Positions 1 to 8,868 of a stretch of 64,000 bases of DNA are shown here, in pieces (position 1 is the first letter of the stretch; each line of letters opens with the position of its first letter). A program made the position numbers and the translations under genes. This DNA comes from Acidobacteriota bacterium. GTDB lineage: Bacteria; Acidobacteriota; UBA6911; RPQK01; JAJDTT01. The stretch lies in NCBI GenBank assembly GCA_965203535.1, contig OZ241897.1, positions 5,782,169 through 5,846,168 of the forward strand, in the 5' to 3' direction. Under the pieces are notes generated by a model that was not told where the DNA came from, searched no databases, and saw only the letters and a program-made list of their open reading frames with translations.

Positions 1-1
1 C

Positions 2-148
2 CTCTCCCGCTCCCTGGCCGGAGCCCGCGGCCAGACGCTGATCCTCTGCCTCCCGGGAAGCCCCAAAGGCGCCACCGAATCGCTGGACGCCGTCCTCAAG
101 CTGCTCCCCCACGCCGTGGACCTCCTCCAGGGCCGGACCGGCCACTGA
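2..148 (+). CDS. 3' end of a MogA/MoaB-like molybdopterin adenylyltransferase gene (partial, runs off window edge)
   Basis: Frame-2 translation ...[36 protein letters not shown] ends at TGA 146-148. The LPGSP..E motif and length fit the C-terminus of the MogA/MoaB family. No start codon in the window. Confidence 0.45.
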   Translation, partial: LSRSLAGARGQTLILCLPGSPKGATESLDAVLKLLPHAVDLLQGRTGH

Positions 149-315
149 TTGCCTGGAGTATCCATGTTGCAAGTGAAGGAGCGGCGTCATCCTTGGCGCC
201 GTCTTACGACCTCGCATTCAAGAAAAACCGGACGGCCGCATCGGCTCTCCCCGCCCGTGTTCTTCCTCACCCCTCCCCCAGCCCGAAAACGAACGGAAGG
301 ACCGATCTCCCTTCG

Positions 316-1000
316 TCTGAGAAAACCATGCCCCCCCCGGAGGGGGGACTTTTAGTCCCCCCGTGGGAGTGGGGGTAGGAAACCCCCCACTCCTTTTCAC
401 GCAGGATTTCGCCGGACCGGGGCCGGTGGGGGAGCTCCGAAGAAAAGCCCCAAGACGTCCAGCCGCCGAGCTTCGAGCACACCCAACGCTCGAAAGAGGG
501 CGACAAGAATGTCGCCCCTCCAAACGAGCACCGGCGTCCTTCCGGGCACCGACCGGGACGGGCGTCGGAGCGGCGTCCTTCCGGGCGCCGACTGGGAAGG
601 ACGTCCGGAGCGGCGTGTTTCACGCGCCGACTGGGACGGGCGTCTTTCCAGGCGCCCGTCTCCAGAATGACAATACGGCGAAAGAATACGGGGCACCTGA
701 AACACGCCCCTCCCAATGGGCGACAAGAATGTCGCCCCTCCTGGCGTGTTTCGGACCGAAGAGGGCATCCACAAGGGGTGCCCCTACGGGGATTCGAAAT
801 CGAGGCTCGACCCGATACGAATACATGGTTTTGCGGGACGCCACAGTAGCTTGTGGGCACCTTTGGGAGCGGTGTACGTGGCGGTGTGGGCGTCGCGTAG
901 GTCAGGGGGGAGGTAGAGTGTTTATCAGCGACCGCGGACACGGGACCTCACTCCTTGGTTCCGTTTTTCATGGGCGACGCTGTGCTTGAAACGGCGTCGC
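316..1000. repeat. Mosaic array of GC-rich palindromic repeat modules (REP/MITE-like) upstream of mcrB
   Basis: Module A spans 316-440 and contains hairpins GGGGGGACTtttAGTCCCCCC and GGAGTGGGGGTAGGAAACCCCCCACTCC. Three tandem ~40-bp units (cggcgtccttccgggcRccgacYggga...) lie at ~525-660. Module C spans 614-706 (...ccagaatgacaatacggcgaaagaatacggggcacctgaaaca). Module B spans 498-525 and 717-790 (GGGCGACAAGAATGTCGCCCCTCC ... ggcatccacaaggggtgcccctac). All of these recur at 3745-4260. The ORFs called here (363..989 and others) are repeat artefacts. Confidence 0.7.
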
Positions 1001-1102
1001 GCAGTCGCCATCGTTGGGCCGCTCGTCCAAAGTGGGCGTGCTAAGTTTATCGTGTCGAACAGCTTGTGATTGGCGCCCGTTTCCGTCTGAGAGGGTGAAG
1101 CG

Positions 1103-2614
1103 ATGAGCAAGGCAGAAGCTCTGGGACAACTTCGGGGAATCCTGCGCCGGATCAAGGCAGGAAAGGACGAAGAACTCTCCCTGATGGCCGGGGCCAAAGA
1201 GGAAGTCCTTCGGAGATACCAGCGGGTGTTTTCGGATGAGAACCTGCCCAACTTGACCAAGGAAGACTTCCTGGGCTTCCTCCTGATCAAGAACAATCGC
1301 CACTGGGACGGGATTCACCGGCAAGGGCCAAATATTACGAAGAGCATGGACGCCCTGCGGGAAGCCCTTCGTGATCTTCTGGACGAGTCGCGCCCGCTGA
1401 GTAGGCGCCTTGACGAGATCCGTCCTCCTTCCGCCGGGCCAGGACGGATCAAGGGTCTGGGACCCGCGACCTTCACTCCAATTCTCTTTGTTCGCTATCC
1501 GGAGAAATATGGGGTTTTCAACAAGACGTTGGAGACTGCGCTTAATCGACTCGGTCTGTCGCCGGATGTCGCCCCGTCCGCCCCCTTCTCCGAGCGATAC
1601 ATCAAGGTCAATGAGCTACTTCTGGATCTTGCGAAGGAGCTTGGGGTTGACCTCTGGACCCTGGACGCCCTCTGGTGGCGTGCTCGGGACTTGGATTCGC
1701 ATGGTGGCGCGGACACGGAAGAGCTGGAAGAGGGACCCTACACGATCGACGATGCCCATAAGGACCTCTTCATCCCTCGCTCGGACTTCGCCCGCCTCCT
1801 CATCTCCATCAGGTCCCGCAAGAATCTCATCCTCCAAGGCCCGCCCGGCACCGGGAAAACCTTCATCGCCCGCCGAATCGCCTGGTGCCTCATCGGCCGC
1901 AAGGACAACGCGCCCATCGAAATGGTCCAGTTCCACCAGTCGTACGCTTACGAGGACTTCGTCCAAGGCTACCGCCCCACCGACAACGGCGGATTCGAAC
2001 TCAAGGACGGTGTCTTCCACCGTTTCTGCGAGCGAGCGAGCGCCAACCCCGACACGCGCCACGTCTTCATCATCGACGAGATCAATCGCGGCAACCTCTC
2101 ACGGATCTTCGGCGAACTCCTCATGCTGATCGAAGCCGACAAGCGCAGCGAGGACTACGCGGTCGCGTTGACCTATTCCGACCGGCGATTCCACGTCCCG
2201 GAAAATGTCTTCATCCTCGGCATGATGAACACTGCCGACCGGTCACTGGCTCTCGTCGATTACGCGCTCCGGCGGCGATTCGCCTTTGAGACTTTGGAGC
2301 CGGCATACGGGAAGGACTGCGGGCGGGCGGAATTTGAGAATTACCTCACAGGCAAGGGCGCGCATCCGGATCTGGTTCGCCGCATCTCCGAACGGATGGA
2401 CAAACTCAACGAGACGATCAGAAACGACGAGGAGCTCGGCCCGGGTTTCCAGATCGGTCACAGCTATTTCGTCCCCGGCGACAGCGACACGCCTTCGGAG
2501 GACTGGTACAAGAACATCGTGGACACCCAGATCGCGCCGCTTCTTCGCGAGTACTGGTTCGATTCCCCGAAAGACGTCCAAAAACAAGTGGATAGACTCA
2601 CAGCCGACGCCTGA
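1103..2614 (+). CDS. mcrB: McrB-family GTP-specific AAA+ restriction subunit with a non-canonical ~230-aa N-terminal domain
   Basis: ATG preceded by gagagggtgaagcg. Walker A LILQGPPGTGKT. McrB signature FIIDEINRGNLSRIFGELLMLIE and the GTP-specificity motif MNTADRS. The stop lies 2 nt before the mcrC start. Confidence 0.85.
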   Translation: MSKAEALGQLRGILRRIKAGKDEELSLMAGAKEEVLRRYQRVFSDENLPNLTKEDFLGFLLIKNNRHWDGIHRQGPNITKSMDALREALRDLLDESRPLSRRLDEIRPPSAGPGRIKGLGPATFTPILFVRYPEKYGVFNKTLETALNRLGLSPDVAPSAPFSERYIKVNELLLDLAKELGVDLWTLDALWWRARDLDSHGGADTEELEEGPYTIDDAHKDLFIPRSDFARLLISIRSRKNLILQGPPGTGKTFIARRIAWCLIGRKDNAPIEMVQFHQSYAYEDFVQGYRPTDNGGFELKDGVFHRFCERASANPDTRHVFIIDEINRGNLSRIFGELLMLIEADKRSEDYAVALTYSDRRFHVPENVFILGMMNTADRSLALVDYALRRRFAFETLEPAYGKDCGRAEFENYLTGKGAHPDLVRRISERMDKLNETIRNDEELGPGFQIGHSYFVPGDSDTPSEDWYKNIVDTQIAPLLREYWFDSPKDVQKQVDRLTADA

Positions 2615-2616
2615 CC

Positions 2617-3726
2617 TTGAAGAACATCCCGATCCTCAACGTCTACTACCTTCTCTGCTACGCCTGGGGACGGGTTCAGGAGCGGGACACCAGGCGGCTG
2701 GCGACGCTGGGCGAACTCTCGTCAGTACAGGACTTGCTGGGCAAGGTGCTCGCCGGCGGTGTCAACCACCTCTTCCGCCGCGGCATCGACCGCGGGTACG
2801 TGGAAAGACGGGAGGACCTTGCCGGCATTCGCGGGAAGCTGGCGGTCAGCGACACAGCGAAGCGTGCTCTCCGGTCTCGAGGACGGGCAGCGTGCGACTT
2901 CGAGGAGTTATCGGTCGACATCCTGCCGAACCGCATCCTGCGCACATCGCTGAGCAGGCTTCTGGGCCGACGAGTCACCTTGGATGGGCATGTCCGTGGC
3001 GAGGTGCGCTCCGCGTACAGGAGGCTCGACGGCGTCTCACGCACCCCCCTGAAGATGAACACCTTTGGCCAGATCCAGCTCGGGGGCAACCGGAGGCTCT
3101 ACCAATTCCTACTCTCGGTATGCAGGCTCCTGTACGAAACCTCATTGGTCGACAAAAGGACCGGTCGCACCACCTTCCGCGATTTCCGGCGGAACGAGGC
3201 CACCATGTGGGCGCTCTTCGAGGAATTCGTCACGGGTTTCTATCAGCGCGAGCAACGCGTGTTTCGTGTCAATCCGGGGGGACGCAGCGTCAAATGGGCG
3301 GACAAAGGCTGGGCGACAGACAAGGACCGGGCGCGGATCCCCAGAATGACCGCAGATGTGATTCTCGAATCGCCCGACCGCCGCATCATCCTGGACACGA
3401 AATACTACAGGGACGCACTCGCCCGCAGCCACGGCTCCGGCAGTGGGAAGCTGCACTCCGGGAATCTCTACCAGCTCCTCGCGTATCTTCGGAACCGTCA
3501 GGCGACCAGGCCGGACGGTGCGAAGCACGAAGGCATCCTGCTATATCCGCAGGTGGGCAGCGAGTCGCTAAGAGCCGACATCCGGCTTGAGGGATTCCGG
3601 GTTCAGGCCCGAACGGTCGACCTCAACCAGGATTGGCGGGCGATTCATGCGGAAATGCTGGAAACAATCGGGATAACCGGTTCCAGCCCCTCGGAGCGAG
3701 TCCGTCCTGTGGATTCTGAAGACTGA
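2617..3726 (+). CDS. mcrC: McrC-family PD-(D/E)xK endonuclease subunit
   Basis: The ORF begins at a TTG 3 nt after the mcrB stop. Nuclease motif ...ADVILESPDRRIILDTKYY... of the D-x(n)-(D/E)xK type. Typical McrB-McrC gene order and spacing. Confidence 0.8.
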   Translation: MKNIPILNVYYLLCYAWGRVQERDTRRLATLGELSSVQDLLGKVLAGGVNHLFRRGIDRGYVERREDLAGIRGKLAVSDTAKRALRSRGRAACDFEELSVDILPNRILRTSLSRLLGRRVTLDGHVRGEVRSAYRRLDGVSRTPLKMNTFGQIQLGGNRRLYQFLLSVCRLLYETSLVDKRTGRTTFRDFRRNEATMWALFEEFVTGFYQREQRVFRVNPGGRSVKWADKGWATDKDRARIPRMTADVILESPDRRIILDTKYYRDALARSHGSGSGKLHSGNLYQLLAYLRNRQATRPDGAKHEGILLYPQVGSESLRADIRLEGFRVQARTVDLNQDWRAIHAEMLETIGITGSSPSERVRPVDSED

Positions 3727-3744
3727 TCTGGCCTCCCTCAACCA

Positions 3745-4260
3745 GTAGGGGCGCCCCTTGTGGGCGCCCGCCCGGCGCCGGTGTGTGGACAAGCGACGTG
3801 TTTCACGCGCCGGGCTCCAGAATGACAATACGGTGAAAGAATACGGGGCGCCTGAAACAGGCCCCTTCTTCTTCTTCTTCTTTCTGAGAAAACATGGGGC
3901 ACCCTCGGAGGGGGGACATTCTTGTCCCCCTCTTCGCCGCCGTTGCCTTCGCTGGGCTCCGGTGGGGCCGGAGTTGGGCGAATAGGAGGGGGGACTTTCA
4001 GTCCCCCCGAGGGAGTGGGGGTAGGAAAACCCCCACTCCTTCTTTTTCTCGCAGGATTTCACCGGACCGGGGCCGGTAGGGGAGCTCCCATGGGCGACTG
4101 GAAAGTCGCCCCTCCACACGCCCCTCCCAGTGGGCGACAAGGATGTCGCCCCTCCTGGCGCGGTTTGGACCGAAGAGGGCACCCACAAGGGGCGCCCCTA
4201 CCCAACATTTTTCGGCAATTTGCACCGGAATTCGAGATTGAGGACCTAAGAAAAACCCGG
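3745..4260. repeat. Second mosaic array of the same palindromic repeat modules, downstream of mcrC
   Basis: Module D GTAGGGGCGCCCCTTGTGGGCGCCC at 3745-3770. Module C at 3798-3862. A (CTT)5 tract at ~3866-3885. Module A at 3883-4092, with an internal insertion. Module B variants at 4092-4120 and 4132-4202. Modules A, B and C are near-identical to the copies at 316-790. Module D matches the tail of module B in inverted orientation. Confidence 0.7.
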
Positions 4261-4331
4261 CTCGAGCGTTAACCTCATAGAGGATGACCGATTCGGGGAC
4301 GAACGCTCGAACATTTGAGAAGGGAGATTGG

Positions 4332-4847
4332 ATGAGATCCGTTCTGGACAACTACCAGGGTCCGCTGGTCCGCTACGCCGCGCACCTCACCGGTGACCTG
4401 GACCTGGCCCGGGACGTGGTCCAGGACACCTTTCTGCGTCTCTGGAAACAGAAGAGGCGAAAGGTCGAGGGACACCTGTCCCAGTGGCTCTTCACGGTCT
4501 GCCGGAACCGGGCCCTGGACCTGTTGCGCAAGGAGAATCGGATGAACCGGATGACAGGAACGGCGAACCTGGAACCGGTCAGCACCGCGCCCGGGCCGGC
4601 CCAACTGCTGGAGCGGCGGGAGACCCTGAGCCGAGTTCTGCTGGCCTTGGAGAGCCTGCCTCCCAGGGAGCAGGAGGTGTTGCGGCTGAAGTTTCAGAAC
4701 GGCCTCAGCTACCGGGAGATCGCCTCCACCGTCGGCATTTCGGTGAGCAATGTCGGTTACCTCATCCATACCGCCGTGAAAAAGGTGCGCGCCGAGCTGG
4801 AGAAGCACTCCGAGCCGGCCGCCACAGCATCGAGGAAGGTCCGATGA
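4332..4847 (+). CDS. ECF (sigma-70 family, group IV) RNA polymerase sigma factor
   Basis: Region 2 (LVRYAAHLTGDLDLARDVVQDTFLRLW) and region 4 (LPPREQEVLRLKFQNGLSYREIASTVGISVSNVGYLIHTAVKKVR) are both present. A GGGAG RBS lies before the ATG at 4332. The in-frame upstream ATG at 4284 is possible but less likely. Confidence 0.85.
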   Translation: MRSVLDNYQGPLVRYAAHLTGDLDLARDVVQDTFLRLWKQKRRKVEGHLSQWLFTVCRNRALDLLRKENRMNRMTGTANLEPVSTAPGPAQLLERRETLSRVLLALESLPPREQEVLRLKFQNGLSYREIASTVGISVSNVGYLIHTAVKKVRAELEKHSEPAATASRKVR

Positions 4848-7267
4848 AATCAGATTTCCAAGATCCGGCCCAGGATCCCAGGCTGACGGCCTATGCCCTG
4901 GGCGAGCTCGCCGACCCGAATGAAATCGAAGCGGTGGAAAGCCTGCTGCGAGGGTCTCCCGCGCTCAGGCGGGAGGTGGAATCGTTGCGAGCCACCGCGG
5001 AGCTGATCCAACTCGAGTTGGAGCAGGAACCTTGTCCCTCCCTCGCTCCCCACCAACTTGCCAGTCTGGGCGAACCGCCGCGGGCTTGGAGCCTGTGGCC
5101 ACGGGTCCGTCCCGGCAACAGGTCCTGGTGGTTTCCCGCGGGGCTGGCGACGGCCGCGGCGGTCGCCGTTATGGTCTCGGCCGCGATCCTCTTCCTTCAG
5201 GAGACGGAAGAGCCGCCCCTCTCCGCCGGTCTCCAGCGGCCGGAACCCGTCGTGGACAACGCCCCTGCCGATTTGGGGAGGGTCACGAAGAAAGCGCAGG
5301 ACCCGACCAGCCCGGGTCCCGGCGCCACCGCTCCCCCGCAAAGCCCGGTCGAAACTGCTCCTGAGCCATCGAAGCCAGCGTCGCCGGCGCCTCCTGCCGT
5401 CCAGGACAGCTCCGGCTCATCGCTCCCGGCGGCTTTGGCAACGGCTGATTCGCCCACCGCTTCGCCATCCGGCCCCGTCCAATCCAACGAACAGGAACTC
5501 TCTCCCCCATCCCGCGCCGAGCACGTTGGTGAAGCTTACGTTGAGACGGTTCCACCCGAGGCGATGGCCGATTCCGTCTCCGAATCCAGCCGTCCCCCGA
5601 TCTCCTATGCGAGAGCAAGGGTCATCGAGCCCCCGGCTTACCCTGAAGGGAGAGTTCTTGAGGCTCCGGCAATCCCGGGAGCAAGGGTCGTCGAGTCCCA
5701 GGTACTCCCCGAAGGAATCGTTCGGGAGCGATATGCTCGCCGCGGAAGATCACGGATGCCGCAGTCGGTGGTTCCCTTTTCTCCATCGGCAACGGTTCGC
5801 GCCAACCTTGACGAGTTGCCGGGCGCACCGTCGCCCGTCCCCAGCCGGTCCAGCACGGAGGACTACCGGTACCAGGAGGAGAACCCGTTTCAAAAGGTGG
5901 TCCGGGAACCTCTTTCCACCTTCGGAATCGACGTGGATACCGCGTCCTACGCCAACGTCCGCCGCTTTCTCCGCCAGGGTTCGCTGCCTCCCAGGGATGC
6001 CGTCCGCATCGAGGAGATGGTCAACTACTTCTCTTACGATTACGAGGCTCCCAGCGGAGAGAACCCCGTCTCCGTCCTCATGGAAATGGCCCGGGCGCCC
6101 TGGAGGCAGGAACATCTTCTGCTCCACATCGGGATCCAGGCCGAGGCCATCGATCCCGCCGCGCGTCCTCCCGGCAACCTCGTGTTCCTGCTGGACGTCT
6201 CAGGGTCGATGCGGCCCGACAACAAGCTGCCCCTCTTGAAGCGGGCCATCAGGCTCCTGATCAAGAACTTGGGCGAGAAGGACCGGGTCGCCTTCGTCAC
6301 CTACGCCGGAGAGTCCACGGTGGTCCTTCCCTCGACACCGTGTGACCGGAAAGAGGAGATCTTCCGGGCCCTGGAGCACATCATGGCCGGCGGTCCCACC
6401 AACGGAGAGGCCGGCATCCGCGAGGCTTACGCCACCGCCGCGGCCCACTTCATCCAGGGCGGGACCAACCGGGTGATCCTGGCGACGGACGGGGATTTCA
6501 ACCTGGGCATGACGGATGAGGGCAGCCTGATCCGATTGATCCGGGAGCAGGCCCGAAGCGGTGTCTTCCTGAGCGTTCTCGGCCTCGGAACCGGCAACTA
6601 CAAGGACGCCTCCCTGGAGTCCCTGGCCAACCGGGGAAACGGGAATTTCGCCTATCTCGACAGCCTGGAGGAAGCGCGAAAAGTACTGGTTCGCGAGATG
6701 GGAGCCACTCTGATCACCGTGGCCAAGGACGCCAAGATCCAGATCGAGTTCAATCCGGCCCGGGTCGATTCCTACCGTCTCATCGGGTACGAGAACCGGG
6801 CGCTGCGGCACGAGGAGTTCAACGACGACACCCGGGACGGCGGCGAGATCGGAGCCGGCCACCAGGTGACCGTCCTGTACGAGATCGTTCCCGCCGGAAC
6901 CGCGTCTCCGGCCGGCGGTGTCGATCCCCTCAAGTATCAGACTCCCCCTGCGCCGAATCGGGCCGGCGATGCCCATGAGTGGCTCACGCTGAAGATCCGG
7001 TACAAGCCGCCCGATCAGGACGAGAGCCGGCTTCTGGAGTTCACCCACAGCGGGTCCCCGTCCACCTTCGCGGATGCCGCGCCCGATTTCCGGTTCGCCT
7101 CCGCCGTGGCCGCATTCGGAATGATCCTGCGCGACTCGCCCCACCGCGGCACCGCCTCCCTGCAACGGGTTCTGCGCTGGACTCTGGATTCCACCGGAGA
7201 CGATCTTCAGGGTCCCAGGGCCGAGTTCGTCCAACTCGTGGCGAAGGCGATGCCTCTCGAGCGGTAG
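4844..7267 (+). CDS. Anti-sigma factor fused to a periplasmic YfbK-like von Willebrand factor A domain protein (single-pass membrane)
   Basis: ATGA overlap with the sigma stop. N-terminal anti-sigma-like segment (LTAYALGELADPNEIEAVESLLRGSPALRREVESLRA). TM helix WWFPAGLATAAAVAVMVSAAILFL. Pro/Ala-rich linker with ~13-aa tandem repeats. A DYRYQEENPF...GIDVDTASYANVRRFL N-terminal module is followed by the VWA MIDAS motif LLDVSGSM, a ...ATDGDFN motif, and the C-terminal HEWLTLKIRYKPPDQDESRLLEFT tail typical of YfbK-type proteins. Confidence 0.75.
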   Translation: MKSDFQDPAQDPRLTAYALGELADPNEIEAVESLLRGSPALRREVESLRATAELIQLELEQEPCPSLAPHQLASLGEPPRAWSLWPRVRPGNRSWWFPAGLATAAAVAVMVSAAILFLQETEEPPLSAGLQRPEPVVDNAPADLGRVTKKAQDPTSPGPGATAPPQSPVETAPEPSKPASPAPPAVQDSSGSSLPAALATADSPTASPSGPVQSNEQELSPPSRAEHVGEAYVETVPPEAMADSVSESSRPPISYARARVIEPPAYPEGRVLEAPAIPGARVVESQVLPEGIVRERYARRGRSRMPQSVVPFSPSATVRANLDELPGAPSPVPSRSSTEDYRYQEENPFQKVVREPLSTFGIDVDTASYANVRRFLRQGSLPPRDAVRIEEMVNYFSYDYEAPSGENPVSVLMEMARAPWRQEHLLLHIGIQAEAIDPAARPPGNLVFLLDVSGSMRPDNKLPLLKRAIRLLIKNLGEKDRVAFVTYAGESTVVLPSTPCDRKEEIFRALEHIMAGGPTNGEAGIREAYATAAAHFIQGGTNRVILATDGDFNLGMTDEGSLIRLIREQARSGVFLSVLGLGTGNYKDASLESLANRGNGNFAYLDSLEEARKVLVREMGATLITVAKDAKIQIEFNPARVDSYRLIGYENRALRHEEFNDDTRDGGEIGAGHQVTVLYEIVPAGTASPAGGVDPLKYQTPPAPNRAGDAHEWLTLKIRYKPPDQDESRLLEFTHSGSPSTFADAAPDFRFASAVAAFGMILRDSPHRGTASLQRVLRWTLDSTGDDLQGPRAEFVQLVAKAMPLER

Positions 7268-7283
7268 GCGCAGGTCCGTCGAA

Positions 7284-8867
7284 TCACTGGAACTTCAGTG
7301 AGTAGAGATCCGCCTCGACCATCTCGAATCGGAGCCGGACCGGTTTTCCCGACAGGGGCGCCAGGTTCCTGGCCTCCCCGAACTCGACGAAGTGCCGGAT
7401 CTCGTCGCCAAAGAACTCCGTGCTGGATTCATATCCCGGGACCGGCCGCTTCGTGGCCGCATCAAGAATGGCGATCCGGATGCCGCCTCCCGCTCCCGTG
7501 GCGGCATTGATCTCCAACCGGGTTCCCTGAAAGACCAGGGGACGAGTGATGGCCGTCCCGCCCGGATAGCTCCCGGCATGCAGCGACCGGAAGCCGTCGA
7601 CCCGAAGCACCCCCCGCCGGATGAAGGTGTCCGGCTGGTGGTCGTGCTGCAGGTAGTAGAAGGAGAGTTCGTCCGGGGCCGTCTGGAGCATGCCCCAGGC
7701 CATGAGGTTCCCGTGCTTGCTCCAGTTCCTGGGGTCGCGTCCCGGGCGCAGGAAGGGCTCGTCCACCAGCACGAAATTTCGCGTGTCGCGGCTGTACATG
7801 ATGGCCGTCTCGCTCAGGCCGTAGGACGTGCCGTGGAAGGGTTTGCGCGGCGCCGTGCGCAACGGAAAACCCAGCGCGATATGCGGCGCCCGAGGGTAGG
7901 GCTTCAGCCCGCTGGTGTAGAGGGAGTGCTTCCATTCCCGGCGCGGCTCCCCATACTCGATGGGCTCGATGTTCCCCCAATTCAGGAAGTCCCGTGAAGT
8001 GGCCCGCATCACCGACCGGGTCTCGGGAAGCCGGCGCTTTCCGTCCCGGGACAGGCAGGGCAGATAGGCCCGGAAGAACAGGACATACTGCCCGTTGTCC
8101 GGATCCCAGAAGCTGACGTTGAGAGAGTCCAGGATCGCCCTTCTGCGGCTGGGATCGTTCCCCCAGCGGATTGCCCCGTGGCGGTCGAAGGCCGGTTCCT
8201 CACCGTCCAGAATGGGCACGTCCTTCAGTTTTCTCCATTCCAGCCCATTGGCGGAGGCGAAGACATGAGCCTCCGGGTTGCCCCCGATGGCCTTGTACCG
8301 TTCCGACGCCGGCGTGCCGGGCCTCGTGTCGATGAAGGGAGCGAAATTATGCGAGGTCCTCCCCTTGAGCAGGATGTTGTTCTCCGTCGATCCCTCGAAC
8401 TCGACACGGCCCAGCCGGATCCGGTTCCAGGTCACTCCGTCGCTGCTTTCCGCGTAGCAGGTGAACTGGGTCTCGGGGTCCCTGGGCTGGAAACGCAATC
8501 CCAGGTAGGACGCGTAGTAGAGACGAAATCTGCCTCCGTCCTCCAACACCACCGGGTACCCGCAGACGGTGAACCCGTGGTATTTCCGGCCCTCCCACGG
8601 GGCATCCAGTTCCAGGATCTTTTCGGCGTCGCGGGGAGAATGCTGACGGAACTCCAGGTCTCGAATCGTCTCGAACAGAGTGTTGTCCAGCATCAACTCC
8701 CGCCGATCGCCCAGTTCGACGGGTGGGTTCCCTTCCCCGAGGAGAGGAACGACAATCAGAAGGAGGAATGCCAGTGGATTGGCGAACCGGGCAAAGGGAC
8801 TCCGGAGGAACCGTTTCAGACCGGGCGCACGCCTGAAATGCCGGTGAGCCGGTCCCTCTTGCCTCAT
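7284..8867 (-). CDS. Secreted hypothetical protein, glycoside-hydrolase-like beta-propeller fold (tentative)
   Basis: 527-aa ORF with signal-peptide-like N-terminus (RFANPLAFLLLIVVPLLGEG) and W/D/G-rich repeats typical of beta-propeller hydrolases. No catalytic motif identified with certainty. Confidence 0.35.
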   Translation of the reverse strand: MRQEGPAHRHFRRAPGLKRFLRSPFARFANPLAFLLLIVVPLLGEGNPPVELGDRRELMLDNTLFETIRDLEFRQHSPRDAEKILELDAPWEGRKYHGFTVCGYPVVLEDGGRFRLYYASYLGLRFQPRDPETQFTCYAESSDGVTWNRIRLGRVEFEGSTENNILLKGRTSHNFAPFIDTRPGTPASERYKAIGGNPEAHVFASANGLEWRKLKDVPILDGEEPAFDRHGAIRWGNDPSRRRAILDSLNVSFWDPDNGQYVLFFRAYLPCLSRDGKRRLPETRSVMRATSRDFLNWGNIEPIEYGEPRREWKHSLYTSGLKPYPRAPHIALGFPLRTAPRKPFHGTSYGLSETAIMYSRDTRNFVLVDEPFLRPGRDPRNWSKHGNLMAWGMLQTAPDELSFYYLQHDHQPDTFIRRGVLRVDGFRSLHAGSYPGGTAITRPLVFQGTRLEINAATGAGGGIRIAILDAATKRPVPGYESSTEFFGDEIRHFVEFGEARNLAPLSGKPVRLRFEMVEADLYSLKFQ

Positions 8868-8868
8868 T

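Noticed and set aside
363-989. ORFs of 60-220 aa on both strands between 149 and 1000 (for example 363..989+, 267..941-, 397..774-)
   Set aside because: They lie entirely inside the palindromic or tandem repeat array. Their open frames come from the GC-rich repeats and they overlap each other on all frames. Similar artefactual ORFs occur at 3568-4351.
1410-2129. 239-aa alternative-frame ORF and several antisense ORFs inside mcrB and mcrC (1616..2062-, 2286..3590+, 2676..3089-)
   Set aside because: These are Ser/Arg/Pro-rich translations of the off-frames of a gene with clear AAA+/McrB motifs, a typical high-GC artefact.
3866-3885. (CTT)5 microsatellite as a possible phase-variation switch
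   Set aside because: It lies within the intergenic repeat array, not within or immediately upstream of a coding start. It is most likely just part of the repeat mosaic.
6200-7234. 344-aa antisense ORF opposite the VWA domain gene, and similar long antisense ORFs (8911..10209+, 13202..14119+, 15462..16649+, 17284..18213-, 20167..21126-, 21157..23088-, 23185..25458-, 30488..32281+, 32323..33522+, 33719..35224+, 36652..38088-)
   Set aside because: They have Gly/Arg/Pro-rich low-complexity composition and no motifs. Each lies opposite a gene with strong family signatures. In ~68% GC DNA, long open antisense frames are expected.
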